Shown here piece by piece: positions 10,910-22,501 of a DNA stretch of 64,000 nt. A model generated the notes under the pieces. It saw only the letters and a program-made list of their open reading frames with translations, was not told the DNA's origin and did no database searches. Position 1 is the stretch's first letter, and each line of letters begins with the position of its first letter. This DNA comes from Eukaryota sp. GEM-RC1 (lineage: Eukaryota), in assembly GCA_040285855.1 (NCBI GenBank), contig JAUFOQ010000001.1:2294001-2358000 (forward strand), in the 5' to 3' direction. The position numbers were made by a program, and so were the translations under genes.

Positions 10910-12529
10910 ATGGGCACTACTAGTAGTAAAGGAGGACATTCAAAGTCTTCACTTCATCCACCAATGATCACACATAGGAGTTGTTCATCCCCTTCCAGTA
11001 GCCCCTCTGTGATGTCTAACAGAGACGAGTTGTTGTTTCTATCTTCATCCACACATTCTCCCTCTAAACGTGTCCATGTTCAGCAGACTTTATTGATTCT
11101 TATCCATATTCACTTGCTGAGACGTTTTCTCATGAATACTCTCAGAAACTATGACGATCAAACTAATCCATGGCTCCCTGCTTTGAAAACAGATTTACTT
11201 GTATTCTTTGGACAAGTTGGCTATGTAAGTAATCACTTCCTTGAATCTTCATTCCAAGCAGTTAAAGCGTTTTTTCAATTACACACCTTTCATACTGATC
11301 TTGAACATCTTCCCAAAATATTTTCACTTGCTTCTTTCTTTGGAGCAGATCTACAATCTGTTTTCTTGCACACTTACGGAAGCTTAGAAATTGAAATTAA
11401 TTATTCTGGTATAGTTACAGGATTGAGAATCAAACTAAGGAAACCCTCTGATTTACAGTTTCTAAACAGTTTTTCTTCTGTATTTCCACGTCTTAAGCAG
11501 CTAGAAGTAATAGTGGTGAGACAGTGTACCTCAGTTTCTATGTCATTGATTGAAATGTTGAAAACCGATAGGACTGTTACAAGTATTGATCTAAGTGACA
11601 ACCCTATCAGAGATGAAGGTGTCAGAGTTTTGGCAGAGGCGTTGAAAGTCAATGCTTCAGTTGCATGTGTTGATCTGGAATACAACTTTATTGGAACTGA
11701 AGGTGCTAGAGCTTTGGCACATACGTTGAAAGTTAATACTTCAGTTACAAGTATCAATCTAGGTAGCAACCGTATTGGAACTGAAGGTGCTAGAGCTTTG
11801 GCACATGCGTTGAAAGTTAATACTTCAGTTACAAGTATCAATCTAGGTAGCAACCGTATTGGAACTGAAGGTGCTAAAGCTCTGTCAGAGGCGTTGAAAA
11901 TTAATACTTCAGTTACAAGTATTGATCTTGAGGACAACTCTATTGGAGCTGAAGGTGCTAGAGCTTTGGCAGAGGCGTTGGAACTTAATGCTTCAGTTGC
12001 AAATGTTTATCTAGGTTTCAACTCTATTGGAGCCGATGGTGCTAGAGCTTTGGCAGATGCGCTGGAACGTAATGCTTCAGTTGCAAATCTTTATCTAGGT
12101 TTCAACTCTATTGGAGCTCATGGTGCTAGAGCTTTGGCAGATGCGTTGAGAGTTAATGTTTCAGTTACAAGCGTTAATCTGAGGGACAACTCTATTGGAG
12201 CTGAAGGTGCTATTGCATTGGCAGAGGCGTTGAAAGTTAATGCTTCAGTTACAAGTGTTAATCTGAGAAACAACTCTATTGGAGCTGAAGGTGTTTTTGC
12301 ATTGGCAGAGGCGTTGAAAGTTAATGCTTCAGTTACAAGTGTTAATCTGAGAAACAACTCTATTGGAGCTGAAGCTGCTAGATCTTTAGCAGAGGCGTTG
12401 AAAGTTAATGCTTCAGTTACAAGTGTTAATCTGAGAAACAACTTTATTAGAACTGAAGGTGCTAGAGCTCTAGCAGAGGCGTTGAATCTTAATCATAGAC
12501 TTAAAATAGAGGGAATCACTCAACTTTAG
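10910..12529 (+). CDS. RI/NLRC3-type LRR protein: family N-terminal domain, 11 LRRs, possible N-myristoylation
   Basis: 28-aa repeats LxxNxIGxEGARALAEALKVN. Begins MGTTSSK. C-cap LKIEGI. Confidence 0.9.
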   Translation: MGTTSSKGGHSKSSLHPPMITHRSCSSPSSSPSVMSNRDELLFLSSSTHSPSKRVHVQQTLLILIHIHLLRRFLMNTLRNYDDQTNPWLPALKTDLLVFFGQVGYVSNHFLESSFQAVKAFFQLHTFHTDLEHLPKIFSLASFFGADLQSVFLHTYGSLEIEINYSGIVTGLRIKLRKPSDLQFLNSFSSVFPRLKQLEVIVVRQCTSVSMSLIEMLKTDRTVTSIDLSDNPIRDEGVRVLAEALKVNASVACVDLEYNFIGTEGARALAHTLKVNTSVTSINLGSNRIGTEGARALAHALKVNTSVTSINLGSNRIGTEGAKALSEALKINTSVTSIDLEDNSIGAEGARALAEALELNASVANVYLGFNSIGADGARALADALERNASVANLYLGFNSIGAHGARALADALRVNVSVTSVNLRDNSIGAEGAIALAEALKVNASVTSVNLRNNSIGAEGVFALAEALKVNASVTSVNLRNNSIGAEAARSLAEALKVNASVTSVNLRNNFIRTEGARALAEALNLNHRLKIEGITQL

Positions 12530-13270
12530 ATGACAATGATTTGATTGCTTCTGAAACCTGTTGTAATTCATTTTGTGTCAGTATACTAAGATTTGAATCT
12601 GGAATTTCATCAGGAGATGACATCAGTGTAGAATGTTCAAATGTTGCAGAAATATCAGCAGATAAATTCCTTTTCTTAGCCGGTTGTTTTGTTTTTAGAA
12701 CATGTTTTCTTTCTTGCATCAGATTTTTTAGGTTTACTACGCTGTTGAAAAGGTGTAAAATGAACTGAAAAGCGTTCTCTTAAAAGATTTCTCTGGCACG
12801 TTCAGTCCTTTCTGCTGATTGAGTAGATACAATATGATTCAAAACTTCTTTCCTCATTTTGAGAGCATCATAGACTTCGTTAGTTACGAGCCTGGCTAAA
12901 ATTTGACTGAAATCGATAGATGAATAATCAATGAAAGAGTCTGTTGAGGCAACAATCTTTTGAATGTACATAGGAATAAAAGGACCATAGTTATTCGTAG
13001 TTTGCCCTTGCTTTACAAATACCTACATCATTAAAAAACTTTTGTAAACGTTGGACAACTTTTCTCTGGGAGAACTTCGAATTACAATCTCCAATTGCTC
13101 GGAGTGTTCTTCTTCAATAACGTTGAATCAATCGAAAATAGTCGTCGGAGCTTCATATCGCAAATTCAAAGTGTCCAAAGAGTCTGAGTTACACCGCAAA
13201 GGTCATCGTTGACTGGCATCAATATATATTGTTTCTTAGGAACACAATTTCTTGGCCTTATATTCTCAAA

Positions 13271-14200
13271 ATGAACAAACTTGTTTCACTAGTCCAACAT
13301 CTGTTTGGACAAAATCAGTCATTGAATGATACCTCACCACTCAGTGGACCTCTAGAAATCTCTGATGCACCGTGTCCGTCTTACCACTCTATATTAGATC
13401 CACTCCATTTCCAGCACTCTCTAATGGTCTCAATACAGGTCCACTTTCTCAGAATCCTTTTGAATGCATTTCCAATCTCTTCGTATCTACCTTTCCCCAA
13501 TCTATCACGTGTTCCACTTACTCACTTCCTCGAAGCACTTCCCTGTTTCTTCAATAAAATAGGTTATGTGAGCACCCGCTTCTTCAAATGTTCGCTGTCG
13601 ACAATTGGATTCTTTTTTGATTGCGCCACGTTTGACTTAGCAGCTGAAGACCTCGAACTTCTCCAGTCATTAGCTAAGTTCTTCAAATCAGATGTCAGTT
13701 TGCTTTATTTACGGGTTCATAGGCCTATGTATGAAGTTAACTTACGCACGTTTTCCTCAGTCATTTTGGGAATGAGTTTAAATTTAAAATATCGTGATTT
13801 CGATTTCCTTATGTCATCATCTGATCTCTATTTGCCTTTTCTTCGATTTCTGCATCTTTATGTAGATGAATTGTCTGATTCTTATACTACCGGTGATGAG
13901 TGTATGTCTGTTCTATCTGAGTCATTGAAAGCGAATTCCACCATTATTGAGTTAAATTTGAGGTCTATTTCTATTGGAAATGAAAGTGTCAATGCGTTGA
14001 TAGAAATAATAACAGTAAATTCTACGATTACTAAAATAGATCTGAGTGGAAACTCCCTTGGTGGTGAATCATTATTGTTACTTGCAAAAGCATTAAAGTC
14101 AAATTTTACAATTAATTTGATTGATTTACGAGATAATTGTTTTGTCAGTGATTCAGAGCAACTTATTAGCGAAAGTTTACGTGATCGTATTGAATTTTGA
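13271..14200 (+). CDS. Divergent LRR-family member with ~3 LRRs
   Basis: HFQHSLMVSIQVHFL...KIGYVSTRFF N-terminal domain and three degenerate repeats. First ATG at 13271. Confidence 0.8.
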   Translation: MNKLVSLVQHLFGQNQSLNDTSPLSGPLEISDAPCPSYHSILDPLHFQHSLMVSIQVHFLRILLNAFPISSYLPFPNLSRVPLTHFLEALPCFFNKIGYVSTRFFKCSLSTIGFFFDCATFDLAAEDLELLQSLAKFFKSDVSLLYLRVHRPMYEVNLRTFSSVILGMSLNLKYRDFDFLMSSSDLYLPFLRFLHLYVDELSDSYTTGDECMSVLSESLKANSTIIELNLRSISIGNESVNALIEIITVNSTITKIDLSGNSLGGESLLLLAKALKSNFTINLIDLRDNCFVSDSEQLISESLRDRIEF

Positions 14201-15512
14201 ATTATTTAATTGTTTCCAATTTGTTGTTATCGTTTTAGTATTATATTTTAAACTAGTATGAACTAATCATTCCATTACTGATATGATTGAAGAGCCGATC
14301 ATCACATTCAATAGAATTTGCTGATCTTCAACAACTTTACTTGATAAATCTGTACATATATTCAATGAATTAAAGTCTTTTGCGTTCTATTTATCTTTCA
14401 TTGAACTATTGTCTGATCCAACCTTATTCATATATAACGATAATAAAAAATGTTCAATTCTATGAAATTTAGTCTGGATACCATCAAGAAGAACTTGATG
14501 GTAGAAAGCCTGATATTTGGCCCTAAGTGATGGAGATAGTGATGATGGGTTTGTCATAGAAGCATTATGAATCATTATGAATCATGAAAAATATGAGTTT
14601 GCTATGATTCTTTTCCAAAAACCAAAACCCAGAATAATTTTTATCGTGACCTATTAGTCTGGTCCAGAATAATGAAAATAAATGCAAATTTGTCTGATCT
14701 AGACTAATTAAACCATCTACTTTAGCAAAATAATATCTTATACATCATATAACACCACAAACAATCTGTTGAAGAATATGTTAAAAATTTGAACCTACGT
14801 GTTAATGGTTGTACCATTTCAAATAGAGCATTATGAACCGTTGTTATAGTGTCAAGTGACTCAGGTCAAGTTAAACCATGCGAACAAAATGACTCAACTT
14901 GAAGAAAGTCTTGGCAATAAAGATACAATATACCATGCTTGTTATTATTAACTCCAGTTTATTAATGAAAGTACAAATAACGCATCATTCGGCCACAATT
15001 TAGGTGACACTTCATCACACTCGACACCAGTTACTTCATTGTTCGTCATAACAAACTTTTAAGATAATATAGCCATTGGCCCACCAGTGTTTTCAATAAA
15101 CTCAGTGTAGTGAACGCGCCATCATTAGGCTCTGTATCACAGAGTTTCATTGATGGTTGTAGTACAGACAGACTTGCACGTTTAACGATATTTAGATGAG
15201 TATTTAACTAGTCACTTATACCGTTTGTGGTGAGGTTTTTAACATTTATACATTCATGGTAAATATTGAACTCCTGCTAATGTTATACAAGTCGAAGAAA
15301 AGGTTTCTGTACAAAAAAACGAAATTTGTTGAAATAACGTACCTCAACTCATTGCGCTGCAACTGTCATGACAATCACCAAGAAATGAAAACAATGAAGG
15401 ATCAGTGATGAAGAGTCACAACATCAAAAGACCAAGTTGATGTGACAAAAATGGTGTTATGTCATGTCCTGACACGTTTTGACAACTTATGATTGTCATT
15501 TCTATCAAAACA

Positions 15513-15860
15513 ATGTCCGATGTTCAAACCCCTCTTCTTAAAGAACCTTCGAATAGGAGCCAAACTACACAGAGTACATCACCCACTCACTTGGGACTTC
15601 AACAACACACTTTCAGCGGCGACACTCACAGTGTCTTTTTCAGTTCATCAACGCAAGACATCTTTCCTACTACTTATTCACTAGATGGCCACTCTGATTC
15701 TGACATTAAAGAGGAAGACGGCGACCTGAATACTAGCAACCGTTCTGTACCAGAGGCTGTTCCTAGTGAAAGTCTTTTGATGCGATTTGCACAGAGAGTA
15801 GTTTGCGTTATTGTGAGCATAGTTTTATGCTTTTTTGTCTTTCTTCGATATTCGTATTAG
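15513..15860 (+). CDS. Small Ser/Thr-rich protein with a C-terminal transmembrane helix and a dileucine-like motif
   Basis: Starts MSDVQTPLL and ends VVCVIVSIVLCFFVFLRYSY*. It may be a truncated type II membrane protein. Confidence 0.45.
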   Translation: MSDVQTPLLKEPSNRSQTTQSTSPTHLGLQQHTFSGDTHSVFFSSSTQDIFPTTYSLDGHSDSDIKEEDGDLNTSNRSVPEAVPSESLLMRFAQRVVCVIVSIVLCFFVFLRYSY

Positions 15861-16554
15861 AACTGCTTTGTTGAACAATAACCAATCGGTCAACAATGAG
15901 TTTAACACAAAGAATATTGATCATATTCGTTATTTAAATGAAATGTAAGCGTTTACTGAATATTAATACATGGGGTACGGTCACCTCTACATCAGTACAT
16001 TTTTGTCTCAACTCAAACATATAGCTTTGATTCGAATGTTATTCCCAACACATCGCGGCAAGAAGGGTCATTCCTCTCAAAAAACCTTAATGATGAATTT
16101 GTTCTATTATGTGTTCTCAATGTTCCGAACAAAGACCGAAAATTTTCCAGAGACACGAGGCCAATTGTAGAGTGACAACTCATGAATTTACGACATGACA
16201 TTTTACGTTGCACATAAATGCGATATGAACAAGTAAAATAGTATCAACTTTGAATCATAAACACATCTTTGCTCCTGCATACTTGGTTAGGTACTACGTG
16301 TACATTATAAGCAGCTGATTAAAATATATCGTATTTGACATCTGGTTTGTAGGCAGATTAAAGCCATCGCATGCAGTTACTTGCTATAGATCACTAAAAA
16401 CAACACCAGTTTCATTATCAGACGATAAGCACATAACAATTTATTTAAACTGTGCCTAAATCAGTAATTATGCCTAACTGAATTTTCCAAATGTTCACCA
16501 ATTGTTCATGTTGGCGTTTTGGAAAACTGTTACTCAAAAATCATTTTTGAAGAA

Positions 16555-16957
16555 AACAAATCCAAGCTATTTAATTTAATAAGACGTCTGAAAGTGGTGA
16601 TAGATTTACAAAATTCCTATAAATTTGCAAGATGAATGTAACTTAAGACACGATACGTCTATTGGACATGCATTTGATAACTTCTGTGGCTTCAGAGTTG
16701 AGGCAGTTGTGTTGAATGTTGATCTCAATTATTGAAAGATTTAAACTTATCGCCTCAGCCAACACAGTGGCTCCAATATTGATATAATTAGACTCAAGAT
16801 TTACAGTAGTTACCGATGAATTGACCTTCAACAATCTTGCTAAACATATTAAGTTATGACCCAAGTTGACCTCAACAATAGAAGAAATTTAATTCAACGC
16901 TTCTGCTAAAGCAAATCCACCATCAGCTCCTACACGATTACTATCATAAACTAATCT
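16555..16957 (-). pseudogene. 5'-truncated inverted copy of the 3' end and 3' flank of the 22502..24367 LRR gene
   Basis: LARLLKVNSSVT...IEINIQHNCLNSEATEVIKCMSNRRIVS is nearly identical to that gene's end. About 90 bp past the stop also align. Small internal deletions are present. Confidence 0.85.
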
Positions 16958-17399
16958 TTCAATACTGGGTTTGATTCCTGATGCAACAGCAAGAACCAGG
17001 GAGACCGAAAAATTTACACTGTGGATGGTACATAGCGGAATTCTCAGTAGGAGCAATATTATCGTCGATTGTTTCTGCATTGTGATCAGAAACATCAAAT
17101 GTATCGGTAAGCAATGGGTCATTGAGTTCAACATCAAGAAAACCACTGCTATAATCAACAATAGAAGTGACCATCTGAAGATCGAATTATGCAAGAAGAG
17201 TGATCACAAACAGAAACAGTCTCATTAGGCAGCTCAGTAGATGCGGCTATATTAGGAAAATGGGAAAGAACATGTGTTGCGTGTACTGTGAATTTCATAA
17301 CAACGGGGTTTATGATCAGTCAGTGAAGTCACTATGCATTGAATGAAACAGCGCAAACGTTAACCTACTCAACAAAAAATTCATTAAAAACTTTACCAT

Positions 17400-18990
17400 A
17401 ATCAGAACATAATTTATCAAAGGAAGTTAAAAAACCTTGTGCAGCTGCTCCAATATTACCGTACATCGACATCGCAAAAGGTTGAAACACAAAAGAATTG
17501 TACCTGTCGACATTCAATTGGTTAATTAAGTGACAGTGCTTTGTATTTTTTCTTTTTCAGCCACTTCAAGAGCAGAAAAAGCATCATCAAAATTTTTGGA
17601 AATTGATCTTGAATTACAAGGATCAACAGTCGTGAGATCCATGATAATTTCCTGACGAAATAACCAAGTACCAATCAAATAACCAGCGTTTTTACTCTGA
17701 TCTTTTGGAAGTGGACCAATTGTGTCGACGTTGAGAGCAATTTTCAGTGAACGTTCTTGTTTCGATGACATTCAGTGGCTTAGTGGCCAGATCTGTCACA
17801 GTTAAAACATTTAACTGGGGTCTTAGCAGGAGGAACATTTCTTCAGTGTCGATGACCATGGTTTCTTGGAGGACCACGACTCTGTCATTGTGATGGGTAG
17901 GTGAATCAGCTACAGCAGTGGTAATCCACATCCCTTTAACCTCATTGAAGAATCAAGGAAGGGGGCCATTATCCGACTTCAACTTCAGGTCTTAACGAAC
18001 ATGCAGTTCACCGAGGGCAACAATATTTCGTTTTGAGTTCAGAATGACCAGAACCATGTCGGCAACTGTGGAGGCATGTAGGTGATCGCTTTCGACAGGA
18101 TCGCTCGAGATGATTGGAATAGCCATCGAGCATTGTAGAACGTTGATAACGTTACTGAGGAAATTCTCAATACACTCAACTGGGCCCTTGCGGTTTCCCG
18201 GTCCGACAGCTTTTAGGGCATTCAATGCAGAAGTTGTCGAAGAGTGTTGACTCTTGTCAACCAGCAGATGCCAAATCGTTCGAGTAAAGCAGTACTGGAG
18301 TCATGACCATTAGATTTCATCATTTAATCTTTTTAATTATTTTTCAAGAAAAGAATCTAACAGTTCCCAGAGTGAATCTGTGAATTGAACGCATTTTTGT
18401 AATCAACGTTCAATACACAATTTTCTGCAATTGAATTTAAAAAGATGTCAGTCATCAAAATAGCACTTATTGTACCATCTACATTTCCAATGCAAAACTG
18501 AATAGGTCTGAAATATTCCACAGTCTTACTTTTCACCCTATCAAAACAAATAGAAGAAAATAATCCACTCCCACATTCGCCAATTGAAATTGGTCGAACA
18601 CCATAACACGGTTTAGCTAACGCTATATCCTCAACGACTATTTTTTTAACGCAAGAGGAAATTTGTGTGGTTGTCAACAAATCAAATTGAAATACTGTGC
18701 GAGGTCTTCAGCAACCTCCGGAGCATGTGTAACAGCAATTTTAAGATGGTCAAAGCTGACACCCGACGGTCCAGCTGCTTTACCACTCTTAGCATTAGAA
18801 AAGCTTTAATGACATCAGAAGGAGTAATTGGACGATCAGTCCAGTATGAGTGATCAGTCCAGTATGACTGAGAGTGACTAAAAGAAGGTAAAGATAACAA
18901 CTGGTTACTACTACTGGTGGTAGTACTCCCAATTATGAAATTCACTCCTGTTTTCACAGGTTGTAAGAGACATATAGCGTTATCTGACAA
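17400..18990 (-). mobile_element. Degraded retroelement mosaic: CRE-like non-LTR RT and 3' fragments plus LTR-type gag/integrase scraps
   Basis: KAAGPSG (~18770), GVRPISIGE...QFCIG...NVDYKNAFNS (18357-18680), FQPFAMSMYGNIGAAAQGF (~17430-17490), CFNCDRSGH knuckle (~17780-17810), VDTIGPLP (~17710-17730). Confidence 0.75.
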
Positions 18991-19121
18991 AGATAATCTT
19001 GATCTTCATCAACGGGCTACATCACTTAGATAAACCGACTGCATACACTGCTTACACTGCTTACCGAGTTTTCCTAAAGGCTTACTTTTTGAATTTAAGC
19101 CATTGGCATTATTTATTAATA

Positions 19122-19566
19122 GATACACTAATCATGGTAATTAGTCTCACTCAGACTAATTGATATGTCAATTTCAAAGGCTCCACATGGTAATTAGTCT
19201 CACTCAGACTAATTATCATTGTTCGAAATTAATCTCATCTCCAAACAAAAATTGTTGTCATTCATTTTGATCAATAGAAGGAAAACATTCGTCAGGTACG
19301 TCTGCTTGATTGTCAACCATGACAATCTTATTAGGATGGGTAAATTAAAAGAATGATGTGCCAGAACAAGCTCATTATTGAAAAACGACATCCTGACTCA
19401 CTTTCTGGCTTTGTAAACACACACATCAGCGGCAATGATATTCACAGGTAATATGGATGTGGTTCAGTACTTGTATATCGTCGAATGTTCTTCTATTTTA
19501 TAGGTATTTAATCACAAAAAGTGAGACTAATTTCCAATACAGACTAATTACCATGATTAGTGTATC
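19122..19566. mobile_element. MITE with 26-bp perfect TIR
   Basis: GATACACTAATCATGGTAATTAGTCT / AGACTAATTACCATGATTAGTGTATC, with an internal subterminal repeat. No clean TSD. Confidence 0.8.
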
Positions 19567-19708
19567 ATTTGTATTCATTTAGTAAAGATTTGCAATCCTT
19601 TGTTTAGTAGATGTACGGAAAGAATATGTTCACCGTATATTCTGAAGTATGGAATAATTTACGGTCCGTATTACGGCCATATATTCTACCCCATTCCTAC
19701 TCTCATAT

Positions 19709-21184
19709 ATGAGGTCGATGTATAGCTATGTTGATTCCATTTTGGCCAAGTTGTTTGGTGGTAGCTCTGTCACGTGCTCTACCACCACCCATTCTCATCC
19801 CAATGTCTTGCGTTTCCAACAGTCTCTTCTCGTTCTCATCCACATTCATTTCCTCAATCATTTGTTAGAACATTCTACTCATTGGGATCGTGACGATCCT
19901 TGTCGTGCTGTCCTTAACTTAAAGAAAGATCTTCCCAAACTCTTCAAGAAACTTGGTTATATGAGCAATCATTTCTTTGAATCTTCTCTACTGGCAACGA
20001 AGGTGTTTTTCCAAACAAATACGTTCCATGTCCTTCCAAAAGATCTTCCCCAACTCTGTTCCTTTGCTTCTCTCTTCAAAGCAGATCCCAAGTCCATTTT
20101 CTTACACGTAGACAAGACTTTCAATGTTGAAGACTGTATTAGTTATGCTCCTGTAATGTCCGGATTAGAATTGGAATTGAAAAGCCATAATGATTTGCAG
20201 TTTGTCAATAACCCGTCCTTGTTCTTCCCAGGTGTTAAAGAACTTCACGTGCGTATTTGTCGTTCTTTTTCTATGGTATCGATCGAATCATTGAAGGCTA
20301 ATACTACAGTTACAAGTATTAGTCTGAGGAACAATTCGATTAATGAAGAGGGTATTGCAGCTCTGGCAGATTTGTTAAAAGTTAATACTACAATTAAAAG
20401 TATTGACCTGGGTATGAACTCTCTTGGAGCTGAAAGTGCTAGAGCTCTGGCAGAAGTGTTGAAAGTAAATACTACACTTCAAAGTATTAATCTATGGAAA
20501 AACTCTTTTCGAGCTGAAGGTGCTAAAGTGTTGGCACGTTCATTGAAAGTTAATACTACTCTTACATGTTGTAATTTGGGTTGGAACAATATTGGAGCTG
20601 AAGGTGCTAGAGAATTTGCAAAGACACTTACAGTTAATAATACAGTTACGACCTTTAGTTTCTTTAACACCTCACTTGGAATTGAAGGTTTTAGAGCTCT
20701 GGCAATGTCGTTAAAAGTTAATACTACAATTACTACTATTGATCTGAGTGTGAACTCGCTTGGACCTGAAGGTGCTGAAGCTCTGGCCGAAGCGTTGATA
20801 GTCAATACTACGATTACAAGTATTGCTCTTGAAATGAATTATATTGGACATGAAGGTGTCAGTGCTTTGGCAAAAGCGTTAAAAGTTAATAATAAGGTTA
20901 CATTTATTAATCTAAAAGGCAACTATATTGGAGTTGACGGTGCCAGTGCTTTGGCAGAGGCGTTGAAAGTCAATACCAAAGTTAAAACTATTGTGTTGAC
21001 GGACAACTTTATTAAAGATGAAGGTGCCAGTGCTTTGGCAGAGGCGTTGAAAGTCAATAGTACAATTACACGTATTAATCTGAAGTTCAATTCAATTGGA
21101 GATGAGGGTGGTAGAGCTTTGGCAGAAACATTAAAAGTTAATTCAACAATTGAAATCGAAGGAGTTAATTATCTTGATTTGTGA
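19709..21184 (+). CDS. LRR-family protein with 10 LRRs
   Basis: RFQQSLLVLIHIHFL...LGYMSNHFFES domain, 28-aa repeats, IEIEGV cap. Confidence 0.9.
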   Translation: MRSMYSYVDSILAKLFGGSSVTCSTTTHSHPNVLRFQQSLLVLIHIHFLNHLLEHSTHWDRDDPCRAVLNLKKDLPKLFKKLGYMSNHFFESSLLATKVFFQTNTFHVLPKDLPQLCSFASLFKADPKSIFLHVDKTFNVEDCISYAPVMSGLELELKSHNDLQFVNNPSLFFPGVKELHVRICRSFSMVSIESLKANTTVTSISLRNNSINEEGIAALADLLKVNTTIKSIDLGMNSLGAESARALAEVLKVNTTLQSINLWKNSFRAEGAKVLARSLKVNTTLTCCNLGWNNIGAEGAREFAKTLTVNNTVTTFSFFNTSLGIEGFRALAMSLKVNTTITTIDLSVNSLGPEGAEALAEALIVNTTITSIALEMNYIGHEGVSALAKALKVNNKVTFINLKGNYIGVDGASALAEALKVNTKVKTIVLTDNFIKDEGASALAEALKVNSTITRINLKFNSIGDEGGRALAETLKVNSTIEIEGVNYLDL

Positions 21185-22501
21185 TCATGAGTTTTCACAG
21201 TTTACACTTAATAAATTGGATTTACTAGTATGACCCTTAAGCTTTTAATGTACTTATGTAGTTAATGAAAGTGTAAAAACAAGTTTATAATACTACTGTT
21301 ACACTTATTAGAAGAACGACCACCTCAAATAGACGCAATTGTGTTACTGCAACAGAGAATAGATTTATGGAGGTGTTTTGTTGAACAGAGACGAATCAAT
21401 ACAAATATTCCTTCATACAATTGTTGTTTCCAATGTCTTGAATAACATGATTCGATTTTGATATTGCCATCTCATCTACTGATTCTTTCATTATCTTGAT
21501 TTTGCACAACACTAATTACTTGGTTTTGACTGTATATCAAAAGAGGACTCAAAGCTTCCCCTTGTGATGTTCAAGTCTTTGCCTAGGGCTCTCCAATGAG
21601 GAAATCACTTACTAATGAGAAGACCTTCTATCCAAACTTCACTCTTCCTTCAACAACTAATTCCTCTAGACGAAGACGTCCCTTTGGATTGAGCCTCTTA
21701 GGATTCAGTTTAACATTTCGTTTAAAAAAAGGATTTTGCTCATTCATCAGCTTGACAGCGTTGTGTATAGTCAATGTTCGCTTTGATTCTACGTTAATCA
21801 ATTTGTCTAGAGTGTTATTAACAATGAGCTCATTATGAATTTTTTGATCGAATATTAGAACGTTTTAATACACTGTATTTTTGAAAAACTGATTATGTAT
21901 AGTCCGGTCATGTTCATCTTAATCCATACCGAAAGAATGGGTACTCATGTTCACACGTTCTGACAGTTTTTCAACAACTACAAAAAATGAAACAAATTGA
22001 AGAGAATCCCTCAATCCAAACAACTATATGTAACATCTTTTCGTAAACCAAAAGAGTTGATGCCGTTTCTACCTGAACGAAGAATATGTGAGATGAGTTC
22101 CACTCAGAGTAGCCGAGAGCCTGTTGAGGAAGTTGTTATGTCTAACGATTTGGCTGACATTGAATCAGAAGAGGCGGATACATTTCTGAAAACGGTCAGA
22201 GAGTCGAAGTGTCTATTTTTGTGATAGGAAATCAAAGCAACCGTATAGCGAAATCCTCGAACAAGTGTATATAAAAAAGTATGACGCCTTAAAGTATTCA
22301 AATCAAACCAATCAAGTTTTCCATCACAGCAATTGCACTAGTAGGTTGAGCAAGGTTACTGCAAGACATAACAAGATCGAAACAGATGGCACATGGGGGA
22401 AAGGATAACAGTGAACAACGTTTTAGGAGTCTGCTAGTGGAGCGAAAATAGTGTTGACCACCCAAAAAGAAATTCACAGTTTTCCTTTTCCTTTTCTGTT
22501 T

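Noticed and set aside
11401..12441. Long antisense ORFs over LRR genes (also 20479, 23065, 23485, 26847, 32578, 49433, 56607)
   Set aside because: Shadow frames of the repetitive LRR codon pattern, with no independent protein signal.
10910..12529. Calling the LRR genes NLRC3/NOD orthologues or RanGAP
   Set aside because: Similarity is limited to the generic RI-type repeat. No NACHT domain or RanGAP-specific features are visible.
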